64,000 nt of DNA from Raillietiella orientalis (Eukaryota), in NCBI GenBank assembly GCA_036172245.1, contig JAYWIR010000050.1, forward strand, positions 868,001 through 932,000. Direction: 5' to 3'. A program made the position numbers and the translations under genes. The notes beneath the pieces are model-generated. The model was not told where the DNA came from. It saw nothing but the letters and a program-made list of their open reading frames with translations, and did no database searches. Shown piece after piece: positions 24,501-38,727 of this stretch (its first letter is position 1; every line of letters starts with the position of its first letter).

Positions 24501-24877
24501 TGTTATATCGCATATACACTGATCATACACACACACACACACACACAATATATATATATAATCCACAGATTTAAAAAAATCGGTCTGTGGACAGACACCT
24601 GGTGACGAAACACCTTACAGACTAGCTGTCATAGAAAATGAATGGCTTTGGAAGGACTCAGTGCTGCCATAGACGAATCTGTGCAAATCTTCCGGAAATG
24701 GGAAAGTTGAAAAAATTGGTCAAGACGGCAGAGGGAAAGTGCTGGACGGTGCGCCCGAGCTGCCGATTCAAAATAAAAGTTCCTCCGCAACGCACGCACC
24801 GGAAGAATCCCATCAATCGTATCGGCGAGCCGTGCACGCACGTTTCATTCATGGTGCAAAGTGGTTCGGAAAAGATG
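24068..24877. repeat. ~245-bp inverted repeat pair (24068-24314 / 24633-24877) around a spacer with (CA)n(TA)n
   Basis: Near-identical translations on opposite strands (24097..24444+ vs 24629..24841-). Confidence 0.9.
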
Positions 24878-25648
24878 AATCCCAAATCTGTTTTTTGATG
24901 TATCTGCAAAACAGCAGCATAAACGCGTTTAAAAATTCACGATTACGTCGCGCATTCCACACTTTTCCTCGCATTTTTCCTTTTCCTCTTGAATTTGCTA
25001 ACAATTCAATGCACGGCAAAATTAAACTTGGAACTTGGTAATCGTGATTTCCAACGGGTTCGGCAGTTCCGAAAACGCTCAAACAATGGGAAACCTTCGA
25101 AGAAAAGCCTACAGGAAGTTCGCCTTTCCCCGGGAGAGGAAAAAAAAGAAGTGCCAGTCGACTTTCGGAAATTTATCCCTCCTCCCCCCTCCCCGGAAAA
25201 AAAGATTCACCGACGCATTAAGCAAACACGCCTTTTTCAACGCTCGATCAAGTCGGTAACGGTGTGGCGCAACCGAAGTGAAAACGAAACGAGTAATTTT
25301 ATTAAAAGGCGACATAGTATCTAAGATATTCACCTCTAGTTAACAGATTGAAAATAGCTTCTTTCGTTTGCTCCAACTGACAACAGTAAACATTGCATTC
25401 GCTGCATTCGTGTGTCATTTCAGTACACTTCCCTCATGCTTTTTGCGTGCTTGTAAGCATCAATGAATTGTTAGCTACGTGGCCTTATGAAACAATACAT
25501 TGGTTTTCGATTGGAACTTGCGTAATACACCAATTACACAAGTCGCCAGCGAATTTTAGGTGTTCTTCCCAATAGCCATGGTGTCCCTTTTACCAGTTGC
25601 TTCCATCGGGCACGGAACTTTGTGAACAGCAGCTCCGCGGTCATGCTT

Positions 25649-25668
25649 TTTTATACGCGGGGTTCCCC
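25649..25668 (-). promoter_or_regulatory. Candidate kappaB site directly upstream of a TATA box, facing the cytokine-like gene
   Basis: Minus strand GGGGAACCCC-gcg-TATAAAA; fits GGGRNNYYCC; about 1.9 kb upstream of the putative coding exons. Confidence 0.3.
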
Positions 25669-28600
25669 CCCCTCCCTTTTTTTTTTACTATCGCAAAACT
25701 TTTATCCATAGAAAACGCCTTACAAATAGGACCAGCGACTGTTTTTTCTTCTTCTTCCCCCTTTCTTCGTCTAGATCAACCAAGAAGGTCCAGGATAATT
25801 TTGCGAGTCAAAACGAAACACTGGAGTTCGTAATGATTGGTAGCGTTTACGCGAGACACAGCGCCGCACGAATTCCTGACCTGTCCTCCTGACCACTCTC
25901 ATTTTTCCGCATTCCACCCTCCGGCTTCGAGCGGTTAGAGGACCAACTGGAACGGGAAGCCATGACTGATGGAACCGAAATTCGGGCATCAGGTTCTGGA
26001 AGCGTTGCCGATGCCTCCGATTTGAGAAAACGAAGGCATCATCTCCCTTGACCAGATTTCTAAAAGAAGGCTTCGACACTGAATGCTTTCCGTGTTTCTT
26101 GCACGGTTGGTTGGTGGCATCTGTTCTTACCTTGCACTCGGGCAAGAACTCGTGACGTAAGAGAAGAGACAAGGATAAGTCAGGATAAGTCATCTAACGC
26201 GCGCTTGGGTGCCATCTGCACCTCCGAAGAGAAAAGAGAATTAAGAGGAAAAACGAGACAGATCTTCTGGGTTTCTTAAGATGGATGGCCTAGAGGCAGA
26301 TGTGCTTATCTTCCGAGGAATACGTCCGGATGGGATGGAATCAATTTCCCGGCTCATTGAGCTCCTTTTCTATGTTCAGTGGCACGAAAGTTTCTTCCAA
26401 GCAATCACTGGGTAACACGGGGAGCACAGAAAAGGGAAAGTGAAGCTACGGTGTTGATTAAATGGATCGAAAGAGGGCTGAAGGGGACAAAAGCGAAAAA
26501 TAATGAAATTGCGATTTAAAATTTCATTCAACAGTATGGTGATAAGTGAGTACCAGCGCGTTAAGATGACGAGCTTCTTCCGGTTCGCCGCAACTCGAGC
26601 GTTTCGACGACGTCAGATGTCCATCCATGAAAGCTACAGTGGGACGTAATGGGGTATCTGCTCCGATAGGGGGAGGGGCGGTGGAGGAACGCTTCAAAGT
26701 GGCACATCCAACTGAAGGACTGGAAGCAGGAAACGCACCATGTCGCCAAGGTCGCGAAGGTGGTAACCTTGGAAAAGCGACTGCATGGGATGAAAGCGAA
26801 TGACACAAATACCTGCCGGACGACAAGTCCGGCCCAAGCCCAGGAAGAGTCACACAACATGAACGGGAAAGCCAGTGCCACCTTCCTGGACGAGGGGGGG
26901 AAGGGAGAGAGATGCGCGGATTCGGCACAGCACTTCCGGGAAGAACCGGTCGGAAGAAGAACGGGGAAGTTCGCATCGAAAACGAATAAAAGTGCCTCTG
27001 TTCCCACGTGGCAAATCCACGATTCTTCATTCTTCCTCATTCTTCAGAGATCATCCAAACGCAGACAAGGGTGCATCCGTGTGCACCAGCTTGAAGGTGA
27101 AGAATCCGAGCCTCCTGGTCTACCATTCACCCGCGCCATTTTGAATCTCGGAGAGGGCCAGACAGGGCTTTTGGTGCCAAACGCTCATTGCGTTTACCAC
27201 CCTTCATATCATTTCATTCACAAACTCCTTCGACACACGGCACCTTGGGGTTCCAAAGCCCCCCCGTCTCTTTCACGATCCCATTTTCTGTCTTTTCGTT
27301 AGGCGTGTAGGTTGAGTGTGTTTCGACGTTCACACTTGTCGCCTCGTACCTTTTTTTTTTTTTCTTTTTTTTTCCCTCCCCCCCGACACGCATTCGCAAC
27401 GTGCCGGTCAAATGCCTCTTCACTCGCGAATACCCTGTGGCTTGTGCAAGAAAGTAGTGATACAACGCACCTGAAATCGATGATCCGGTGCTCGGGGAAA
27501 ACTGACCTCTTCCGAGTCGGTGCCACTCCTATTCCCGAAACCTCCACTCGACTTGGAGGAGACCGAGCCACGTTCATTAAAGCTGCTCGCGGACTTTGTA
27601 TCGAAAACAGATAATGCTTTTACTGCACATCTTGATATGAGAGCTAAAAAAAAAAAAAAAAACGCACGTTAAGAGATCAGGACTACAGAGAAGTTGGAGC
27701 AGCACAGAAGCAGCAGCAGCTTTTGTTAGATGAGGTCGCAAAACAGAAGCAATAAGCATCCTGATTTTCATCTTTGGCATCTCCTGCTAAGCAGACAGCC
27801 TCCGTGCTGCCAACGAGTCCCTCTGAGCCCCATGTTCCAGAGGGCACTAAAACGAATAAGGAACCGCATGCTGAAGTTCAAGGAAGAGATCTCCACAACA
27901 AATTTCCCGGAACGGATCAAAGAAACAAAGCGTCTATGTCTTCAAAATGGCACCACAATCAGCAGTACAAAAAATAAAAATGCCCGTTCGGTCGCTAGGA
28001 AAAGCTTTTCCAGTGATATCAAAGCCCAGTCGAAACTCAACGCTGCAAGTAACATCCGGATTTGGAATTCTATGAGAAATCAATAACATCTGTTTCATGA
28101 ATAAACTTTTTAAAAAAAGGACCAAATGGTGGAGTTAAAAAGAAAGTTCTGCAGCATCGTCACCGAATAAAGTAAACTATTCAAAATGATCAGCAAATTC
28201 AAAACCTGGGCATACAAGTGATAACTTTGGCATTTTTTTTTTTTATGGATTTAGTAATGAAGCACTGGAATTCACAGGAAAATTTGTGTACAATGATTGG
28301 GCGATTATGACTCACATATGCAAGATAACCGAGTTGAACACATGTACAATACAGACACTAAACTGGTGAACTAAGGAAACATGAATTTATACTACTTGTG
28401 AGGAGTTACCAATGCTATGAGGGCTAACATAAGAAAAGGGTGTCTTCGACTACTTCTTCATGGTTCAACTTCTTCCTTTCAATCAAAAAAATTCTAAACA
28501 GGTCTCCACATTAGAATCACTGTACGATGAAAAAAAAACAATTCAATGTTTAAACTATGCAGAGCACAAGAGAGAACCTCTCAAATGCTTTCGGACTGCA

Positions 28601-31600
28601 CTTTATAAATTAGCATCATTTGAAAAATAGCAGTTGCTGGACACTGGTTCATAGAAACAGCTATAAGATCACTGAAGCACATCACTCCTGGGAAATCTTG
28701 CCAACACAACTGCAACATGGAAATCAGTACAAAAACTTCTAACCATATGAAAGCTTTGTTTATAATTATTCTGGGATTTCAATTTATTTTTTCTATTGGA
28801 ATGTGCATTGAGGATGAAGGTTTCTTGAGCAAAGAGATGGATTTTTTTTTAATTTAAATGAACATTTGCTGACTATCTAATGTTGCTGACAGTAACCCCC
28901 TAAATACCGATATCAGTAATACAACACTAATTTACTTCATATCCAATTTTTCAACATCGCTGCATATAACATAATTTAACATTTTAAACATACCTGAGGA
29001 GTACTTGGGGGAAGGGATATACATTTGTGATGCCGATTTCTCATTGGTTCCAGTAATTTAACGCAGTAACACAAGGCGAATAATTGAGAAGCAACAGGAA
29101 CTTTTACAAACTAAACTTGAAAAACCCTCACTAATGATGCAAAGTTGTTGATGCATGTGATCTGGGGTTTAAAGACTATCATGATGATTTATAAGAGTTT
29201 CACCATGAAATCTGCTTTTTTTTTTTTAGAGAGAAAAAAAAAGGACGTTATAAACTCCTTTTGAAAATTCCACCTTTTCTCTGAGGCATCTTGATTTTTT
29301 TTCCTCCCTTTTTCCATCTGGTGAATTTCCTGTAATCTTGTGATCTAGATCTGTGATGTGAACTGTGGTAATGATGCCTTCATTTATGAGATCTATTTAT
29401 TTGGAAACAGCAATTCAACATGACACATCCACCACAATTGCAAGCTATTTAGACATCTTTGATGGAATTCATTTATGATATTGTTCATACTAAGTTTAGG
29501 AAAGTAACTGAGCACATCAAGAAATAACCATGCACAAAAATACCATGCTCAAAAAAGTCCATTTACCACAAAGTTTTCACACTGGATGAGGTCTCATTTA
29601 AACACATTGCTTACTGCAGGAACCCTACCCATTGTTAATATAATTACAATTCCCTGTAACCTTGCTGCCCATGAATTAAACATGTACAAATCAAATCGTT
29701 AGGAAAATGGTTTAATTTCAGAAAACACTCTTTCGCAACTCACAGAATCACCTAAACTTCACTTGCATGTTATTTGCTATCATTACTGCATGTTACCAAA
29801 AAACATTATTAGCACATTTTTACAGCAGAACAATTAGCAATGCTGAGCACCTGCTTAATATTAAAGGAAAGTGCAATAATAGGCAGTGCTACTTTGCTCT
29901 TAATCAAACCTTAAGATCTCATTTACGAGATTATGGGCTGCTTACATACCATACAGGCAAATGCTAAGTAAAGTTGTCTGCATTTTCAGGCAGACAAATA
30001 TCACTGGCCTAACCTGAATTTGTGATCTTTGTGTGTAAAAAAAAGACTATGCATTTTTTTTTTCCTGAACAATTTCAAATAACCTGAGGTGATGTAATTT
30101 ATGATGTGTATTTGATTTATGAAATTCACGTTTTCACACCTTAACAAAGCCCAATCAACAGTTGCTTGGGCTTACTCAATTGTCTGAAACTTGAGATTCA
30201 GAAATGAAATTAACTAGATATACTAAATAAAATTTTATTTTTTATCAATGCCAATTTTTCACTATTTTGCTTCATAAACTTAAAGATTCAATAAAAGAAA
30301 ACTGACAAAACCTGTTTTCATTCACCATTTTTTTTGCAGTGATTGACTCACTATTTTCAGCATAAACCTGGGATGTCTCAAATATGAAACAATATGTGTA
30401 GAAAATCATGACACTAATCTTGAAGGAAGTAATGACAAACAAGTTTTCCTAGAAGATAAAAAGGGTTTCTCAATGCCACTTGATTTCACATTACATTGAC
30501 TTCACAACTGCATTTGATTTACACTGACCGCATTGAATCGGTCGCACTTATTTGATTCTACACTGACACCTTCCCAATTAGATATTGATTTCCATCTATA
30601 TCACATGCCACTATCAAAGTAATTATAACCACCACCTGAAACTTTCACTAAATGTTACTTATTTGGCATTTTTTTTTTTTTTTTTTACAATTAGAAACAT
30701 CCTTTCAGCAACACCAATTTTGCACCATGGATAGACTATTCCATGATATTATGCAATCTATACTTACAATGTCCTTTTGCATATGGTTCTTATCATATGT
30801 GCATGATACAGTTCTCCTTGCATCAATTTTTCTTTGCAAGCTCCTGTATTGAAACACTTGAATCTTCCTACTTTCATTTTTTTCCTAATTGATCCCATTT
30901 ATTCAATAATGATGTCCAAAGTGTGAAATTTTCAAAAGTTCAAAATTATCGTAAAATGTGTTAGAATTAAATAAAAGTCGATTAGACGGATTACTGCTTA
31001 CTCTTAAGGAATTTCAAGCCACATACATACTTCTTTTAAGTATGGTACACAATTCTCAGAACAAGCTAATATTTTATTCATTTTGAATTTGCTTACTTGG
31101 AATTCCTTAGTGATTTACAACACAAATCATAGTAGATAATGAGATACTCAAAACATCAAGTAAGAAATCATGACGTTTTCAACAGGATTACACTCTCAAT
31201 AATTCCTTCATGACCTTTGTGTTCCAGAATTTAACACTGGAAATCACATCAATATTTTTGATTTTAGGGGCCACAAGGTTTATTCAACTGAAACTTTCCT
31301 TTCACAAGATGATTGTATCTTCATCAGGCTTCATATGCTTAGATATGGTGGTGCTCAAAATGTAGGATGAATTAATACAAGAATTAAAAAATAAGAGCTG
31401 TTTCCAAAAGTTTACCAAATGAAAAATCCGTTTTATACCCTGTAGCAAAGGACAGACTCATTTTTTTTTTTTTTTTTTTGTACAATAGCTTGAGCCAAAA
31501 GCTACAGAAAAATGCACTGCAGGAGAGATCTTTTCAAAAAAAAAAAAAAAGACTGCAGAGCTGCTACCATCTGCTATCTTCAGACTCAAAAAACATTCCT

Positions 31601-34600
31601 CGATCTCACAGATAAAAAGCATTTAATTGCAACTGTTTTCAACAATTGAATACAAAATTGAAAATTCCTATAAGCTACTTTATAGCAAATTTGACAATTA
31701 ACTCTTGGTTCTTTGCTTTCATGTCTGTTGTCATCCAATCCTATTCAAAATTTCATTTGCCATTCCGATTTCCCCAAAACTAAAAACTTGCAGCATCGAC
31801 ATGGTTTCAAAATACAACCAAACTCCCTAATTTACCTTTGTTTTAACTGATATCGTAACATCCAATCAAGCCTGGACTGAAAGATACTGCATGGAACAAT
31901 CTGACCATGTTCGTAAACTGAAAAATAACATTACTGCAGATTCGCTTATCTTTTCTAAGTGCACAAATATTGCGTTTAGTTTCATTATTCCTTTCCTTTA
32001 AATGCTATTTGCTTTTCCTTGACTTTGGTTTGTTTCTTTCACATTTTAAAATCAATCTGAAAATTTTTGCTCATGCAACACACACTGCTCTGCGATGAGA
32101 AAATGGCGAGAAAAGAAACACAATTCGAAAGCCAGTTCACGAAGCCAAAGGATTCTAAAACCAACAAGGAACTATTTGAGCATTTACTTGCAAAAACGAT
32201 GCAGCAACTGCAAATGGTTAACTGGTATGGTGACACACCATTTCCCATACACACCATAACCTGAAAACTTAACCAGTAAAAGAGCTACATCAGGAATGCA
32301 TAGCCCCAGCGGACTGGATTCCAGTAAAATTCTGAAATGACTCTCCCGGGCATGTGGAGAATGTTATTAAAATTACGCCTAATTATGAAGACCTGAGCAG
32401 GCCACTTACCTTGAACACACGAAATTCTTCCGGCATGGATGCTTTATTGGCATCTGAAGGGGCCAGGGCTACATGGTGCCCTTTGTCAGGAATTCATTCC
32501 GGCCGTCTCCGCGTATCCGGGAGGTTTTGACCATCGTCCATTTCACCCCTCTCGAAAAGGCAGGGCACCTCTGATGCTTCCGCTAGGGCGGAAACGAGTC
32601 CTCTCAGCAAGCATTGCCACTCTGCGGGGGCTGCAACCATTTTTTAAGGCTGCACTTTTAAGCCTTGAGGAACATCTCACACGATTACGTCCCGGCTGCT
32701 CAGATTTTTGTGGATCCTTTTTCGGCGGTTTCGGAAAGCAGGGATTGGAAACTTTCCATCACCAAGGCTTGCGACGTACTCGATGACAGATGAGCCTCGG
32801 TCAGTGCCTTTTCAGGACGTGAGGTGAATGAAGCAAACATTTCACAAATTAGCAGAGACGTGTGGAATCGCACTTTTCGTAACACCACATTTCCTCTCAC
32901 TTCGGTGCTCACTTTAAGTAACAAGTTCAAGGAAAATTCCAAAGTGCAGGGTAGCTGGGATACGCACTGAGGCTTGAAACGGTGTGGAAAAAAATTGAAG
33001 AGCTTGGAAATGCTTCCCTGGAATCATTCCCTTCTCTTGCTGAATAATATTAGTTTTTGTCAAACTAGGCTTGTGGAGGAGAATCTTGCCAAAAAAAATA
33101 TAAATAAAAACTGTTACATAAACTAGGCTGTACATTATAAAAGTCATCACTCTTTCGAGTTGGTCTCTCTTCTTTCGTAATAAGCGCTATCATATAATTA
33201 TCTGCTCTCTACTGTGAAAATGAAAATTACCATGAAAGCACACTGTATACTTATTCGAGCCGTATACAGGAACCTTGAGATGGTCCTACAATGGAAGGCT
33301 GAAAAGTTATCCACCGACTTTTCGAAGAACTACTTTGCATTTTCTATTGACAAATGATCGTGAGACACGGACTTGTTCAAATAAAAGACTGATTGTAATG
33401 TTAATAATTCATTAATCAATTAAAAACGTCCACGCTGAAGCCATAGGACTTGTTGGGGTCAGGAAAATTTTGCAAAGCACATAAGGACTGAAGAAGCAAG
33501 AAAAAAAAAAAAACAGCCTGTAAACCTCGCCACAGTCTCCTTCCTTTTTGGTTTCTTATGTATTTTGAATGACCTATGCTAAAGAGGCATCCCTATGCCA
33601 TTCTGGTGTGTAAAATTTAACAAACAGGGTTCCTCGGAAAGCGGATGCACCCACTTGAAACGTATTCTTTTCAATTAGAAGATGAATGCTTTTGCAAGGA
33701 AAAACATCTAACCAAGTGGATTTTTCTTCGACAAATTCATGCATGCAGGAAATACAACTCACATTTTAATGAATTTTTTAAGAAAAAAAAAGAAAATACA
33801 TAAAAAAGGAAATTACCGTATGGAGTAATGGGTCGAATGGGTCGAATGGGTCGAATGCACCTTTGCTCAGTGATTTGTAATAATGCCATCATCCAAATGG
33901 GAGGAACTCCGATCTAAAGTGATCTTCAAAGCAGCCTCTCGTCATCGTCACAAACGTATCATCCCGCATTGTCCGTTCATGAAAGACCACAGACCTTCAT
34001 TTTGTGCGATTCATACAAACTATTGGGTGCACACAAAATCACGTACACAGTAAACGTTGACCTTTTTTGCTTTACCAACGGACGACCAACCATTACAATG
34101 GGGTGGAGATGAGCGGCAATTCTACCAATTTTCATATGTTGCGTTACCCACGTTGCCGCGTGGAAGGAAACCGAAATGTACCAACAGGGCGACGTTGCTC
34201 TGCCAGCAATGTCTTCGGTTGTATCACGCAATCATTAGCTGACCCGTGTCAGCAGTTGCACACGGCACCCGATTAATTTTCCGATCAGTCTGCACCTCGA
34301 ACAAGACGGATGCTTCCGTCGGAGGGAGGGCAGCAGAAGAGAAAAGCAGCAGATTGCGGCTCTTAGGCGGCAGCTGCCGCGCCGCGGTCCAAGAGCCGCA
34401 TCCAGCTGCCTCGCAGCCTAAGGACTTCCACGGTTCTCCGTTTGAAAAGGCCACACCGAGTTGCTGTCGTCGCCTGCATGGTCATCTGTCGACTGGAGCA
34501 TGGATTTACCAGTCTAGCAGAGTGTGATCGCCAATGTGGCGTACGCTTTAGGTGGGCCGAGGGCACTGATGCGAAGAGCTGGGCTGCGGAAATAATACAC

Positions 34601-34704
34601 AGTGAACCCTTTTTGAATTTCGTCGAAGACAAATTCGGCCAATGTATCTTTTTCAGATTTTGCGGCGGTGAGCCATTGAAGAAGGATTTTTCCCAAAAAT
34701 GGCA

Positions 34705-34735
<31 letters not shown>

Positions 34736-37700
34736 GGGAGAGGGGGGGGGGGATGACCTTCCTCTGTATTGGTTGGATCATCGTGAACACAGTATTTACA
34801 CAAAGGTGAGAAGGAAAGAAAGAAAACACTCAACGGCATTTGTCATTTCGAAAGAAATCCCTCCCTCTAAAGCGTGGCGTCCTCAACTTCTCACTCGCTC
34901 ATGTCGTGCCTTCTCATTTATGACACGTAGTTCTGCTGGTGATGTTTGGCCTCGCACACTTTTTCTTCTTCCTCTTCTTCTTCTTCTTCCTCCTCCTCCG
35001 GCTTAATGACGGTCTCACAGCAATCTTTATTGCTGCTTGCTTGCAAGCATTAAGATGATTTCCCGAAGATTCCGAAACGCGGTCGCAGGCATCAAAATGA
35101 AAGGGACCGTTTATTCCCGGAGATAACGTTTTTCACGAGCGTCCATTTAAAGCACAGTTTCCTGTTTTCTCAGTGTACTGCGAGACAATAACAGCGGACT
35201 AATTGATCACGGGCTGGGATAAGCTGTTTGCGTGCGAGGGATGCAATCGCGTAACCGTGCACGCACGCGATCCCGGAAGGGAGGAGGAGACGTGGCGTTG
35301 CGAGCGGAAGCGGAACTCGCGTGGTTCCAGGTCCATGCCTGGAAACCACCCGCCGCCATTCCGAGGCCCGCAGTTTTCCCGTTCCGCTCGCTCGGCTCGC
35401 TCCGAGGATCCACCCGAGGCGAAGCAGCGGTTCGTCTCCCCGGGACGTTCCCCTTCCCTCCCTCTGCCGCCGCATTCCGGGAGCGGCGTCGCGCGGGACG
35501 ACGAACTTTCCAAAGGTGTGTGTAATCCCCTCGACGTCTTGAACTCCTGTCCGAAGCCCGCGCAGGCACTCGTCTTCCCTCCCCCCGGCCACGAGGGGCT
35601 CTCCTCCTTCGGCCCTTCTCCCGTTCGTTTGGTCGGGACGCCTCCTCCTTCCTCGCCCCGGGACGATGGTTCGCCTAAAACCCAATAAGCCGAAACGAAT
35701 GGTTCCGGCAAACAGCAAAAAAACGGGGGGGGGGGGAAAGAAACAACGAAAATGCAAATGTTCGCGGGAACGGCAGCAGACAGAGTGTTGAAGACGCATT
35801 CCGCCTGCAAAGTCAAACAGCACGAACAAAAACAACGTTTCGCATTTGTTGCATTTTTTTGGTCGGCTTCGTGCAGCTTCCCCGTTGCCCGCGACAGCCC
35901 ATTGGTGGCTTCCATCTCACTTAATTTCTAGCAGAAAATATATATATATATATATATATTACCAGCCCCCCCCCCCCCCTCGCAGTTTGGGTGGACTTCC
36001 TCGACTGCGGATCGCTGCAAGGAATCCAAGAGCGGCGGCGGCATTCCGTCGTTCCGAATGGCGATTACGGGAAGGACGCTCCGGGAGGCAATGATTGTAA
36101 TCATGAAATCCCTGCGAGAAAACATCATCACGTCGCATCTGCGTCGGGTAATTGCACTCTTCATCAGTGGTGTTTATAAGCATCAGTTTCCCGCACTTCG
36201 AACTCGATCTGAAGTATCGCAACGCATCGAAGTGCGACGTGCACTCTAAGATGGCGGATCTGCGATTCTTTTTTTTTTTTTTTTTTTTTTTTTTCCCTCC
36301 TTTTTTTCCGGACGCGATCGGTTCGTTTGGGCCTCCTTAACGAATGGCGTGTCGCAGAAAACGGGAACCGTGTACAGCTTTGTCTTCCGTAGAACAGCAT
36401 CGGCTGTGTCTCCGAGATCTCGTGTACCATTGCGTCGCAGGCTGTCCCCCTCCCTTCCCCCCCCCCCCCACACACACACACACATAGTAGTCACCGCTTT
36501 TGAGGGAGCCTTCAAGAACCCCTAATCAGCAGCAGCAATCATCTCCTAGCTGTGAACTTTTCAAGTCCTTTGCGTCTTCCGGTTTCCAAGAAAGGGGGGG
36601 GGGGGGAGGTCGCTCCATCTGAGGATGAACATCACAGCAACACATTGCCCTCCGGAATCGGAGGGCGCGGTCTCCGATTCGGCCGCAATAGTTGCCCGCT
36701 GGTGTTGGCTCCCTCAGGCTGAGGAATGTGGGGAACACCACTTGCCTTTGGGGGCCCGCCGACGCCCCTTCAAACGTCGGGGCTCGGATTCGAACCGGTT
36801 CGCAGTGCCAGGGATGGGTGAAGCATCCCAATTTTTTATTTTTTTTTTTTTTTGGGGGGGGGGGGGCACGGGGAGGGGAAGGGAAAATGGGAAGATTTGC
36901 CGGACGCTTCGACTTTCAGCCCACCCCCGCGTTTCCCTCACTCCTCGATCGGTTGAATCGAATGCTCGAATGCTGCCGTCGGCTTCGAACCTGTCGGAAG
37001 CCGAGGCAATGGAAAAGCCGGAAAAAAAAAAAAAAAAAAAAAAAAAAATAGGAAGGGGGGGAGGGGGAGAGTGAAGTACAGTTAATCATTAGGAACGGAT
37101 CCCTCTCGCGCGTATTGTTCACGCGTGTGATGTGATCCGTACACACCAGTCGGTGTGTACGTGCAACTGCGCGTACCGAATCCGAGACGGGCACAATTTA
37201 TTCCCCGTGTTATTGCTTCCAGTCTGAAAACTTCCCCCAGGAATTTTAAAACGCGGAGGGAAGAATCTCTTTTCTTCTCAGGGATGCCGAACACGACGGA
37301 AGTGAACGCAAAGGTGTTCCAAATTTTCGTCTTCCCTCCCTCCTTTGCATTCATCGTACACCATTAGTCTGATGGAAGCTTTACGGAAGTGCCCTCTCCG
37401 TCGTCGTTTGCTTGCGTAGGTCGTCCGTCAGTGCAAGGCGAAGGTCACCTGCGTATCGCGTCTTATTGAGAGTTCACTTCTGCCTACTTTCATCGGTGCA
37501 TCTGGGAAACGTCCTCGCCTCCCCGGAGGAGGAGGAGGAGGAGGAGGGCAGCAGGGGCAGGAGGGCAGGAGGAGGGGTCCCCGGCGTTCCCGATGGAGAC
37601 GTTTGAACCCGCGTGGCGCGTGTGGATGTAATGTACGAATTATGAAACGCTGCCGTGCGCTCGGATGTCCCTGCAAAGTCGCTGCTGCATCCCACTTCGG

Positions 37701-38303
37701 AGGACGTGCACCATCCGAGGAAACCAAGGAAACCACGGATGCCACTGCTTCGTGTGTGTTCAGGGAGCCTTTTCGTTTCTGCCTGAAACCGTGCCCCCCA
37801 ACACTCTGCGCCCTCCACCACCGGCACGCGCGTGCACAAACGCGATGCCCGTGCGTGAACCGTTCTTCCTCCTCTTCCTCCTTTTTTCCTTTTTCCCCCC
37901 TCCCCCCCTGTATTTTCACTGGTTTTACTTTTTGCGAGGAATCGATAATCTTGCCACCTAGCGAGAAGCCAATTAACTAAAAAAAGATTATTGACCGACT
38001 CTGCCCGTACCAGCTGCCAGCCTTATTGTGTTCGGGAGTTTTTTTTTTTTTCCCTTCTTCCCTTCCTTCTTCCCTTCCCGTTCGTATTCCGTGCTGGTAC
38101 TTCGAGGAAACGGGGAAATTAAAGGGAATACTGACTTGCGCGCAGGATTTCGCGGTTGAGGTGCTTTTCAGTCGTATGGTTGCCATGTAGTACAACATCT
38201 CGAGAACTAATGTTGTCGCGAGGTGTTTGTGAGATGGAAATTTTATGGATGTAGAAGGAGGATCCCCTTTGTTCCTACCTTAGACGTAAGGAAAATCCCT
38301 GAG

Positions 38304-38431
38304 ATGTGGAAGTGCCGATGCGTTTGGAAAAGCATCTTCGCGGGTTTCGAAACTTTTTGGATAATGATACTCTTCTGCTCTCTTAGATTCTCAACCTCGA
38401 AACAAGTACACAGGGATATTAATTCTGCGGA
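38304..38431 (+). CDS. Voltage-gated Ca2+ channel alpha2-delta subunit, coding exon 1 (signal peptide)
   Basis: MWKCRCVWKSIFAGFETFWIMILFCSLRFSTSKQVHRDINSA; donor GA|GTAAGA is phase 2 and matches the phase-2 acceptor of the next exon, giving DINSAEVELWS. Confidence 0.7.
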
Positions 38432-38654
38432 GTAAGATATTCCCATGTTTTTTTTTCCCCCTTCTTCTTCTCTGGCATGCATGTTTTTCTGGATGGGAGG
38501 AGTGGGAAATTGATTTCTTCCTGAGAGATCTCTGTGAGCCATTGAGACTTGATCGTTCGTTCTAATCCGCTCAAATGCCGAGGAGAGCAGCAGCTCGCGC
38601 TTGCAGAGCTATTAATAGACCGCTGGCAAAGAATCCTGCAATTTGCATGCATTT

Positions 38655-38656
<2 letters not shown>

Positions 38657-38724
<68 letters not shown>
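38657..38724. repeat. (GT)n microsatellite
   Basis: Uninterrupted GT dinucleotide run. Confidence 0.97.

Positions 38725-38727
<3 letters not shown>

Noticed and set aside
26131..26215. Signal-peptide exon of the cytokine-like gene
   Set aside because: Strong donor, but the ATG-led frames give a stop or a non-signal peptide (MTYPDLSLSLLLRHEFLPECK); left unresolved
34224..34705. Polycistronic small-peptide (tarsal-less/mlpt-type) locus or miRNA hairpin
   Set aside because: No repeated LDPTGxY-like motif, no convincing hairpin and no recognised mature miRNA
34442..34756. ORF containing AKSWAAE as alpha2-delta exon 2
   Set aside because: No suitable splice sites; 44032-44113 fits sequence and phase better
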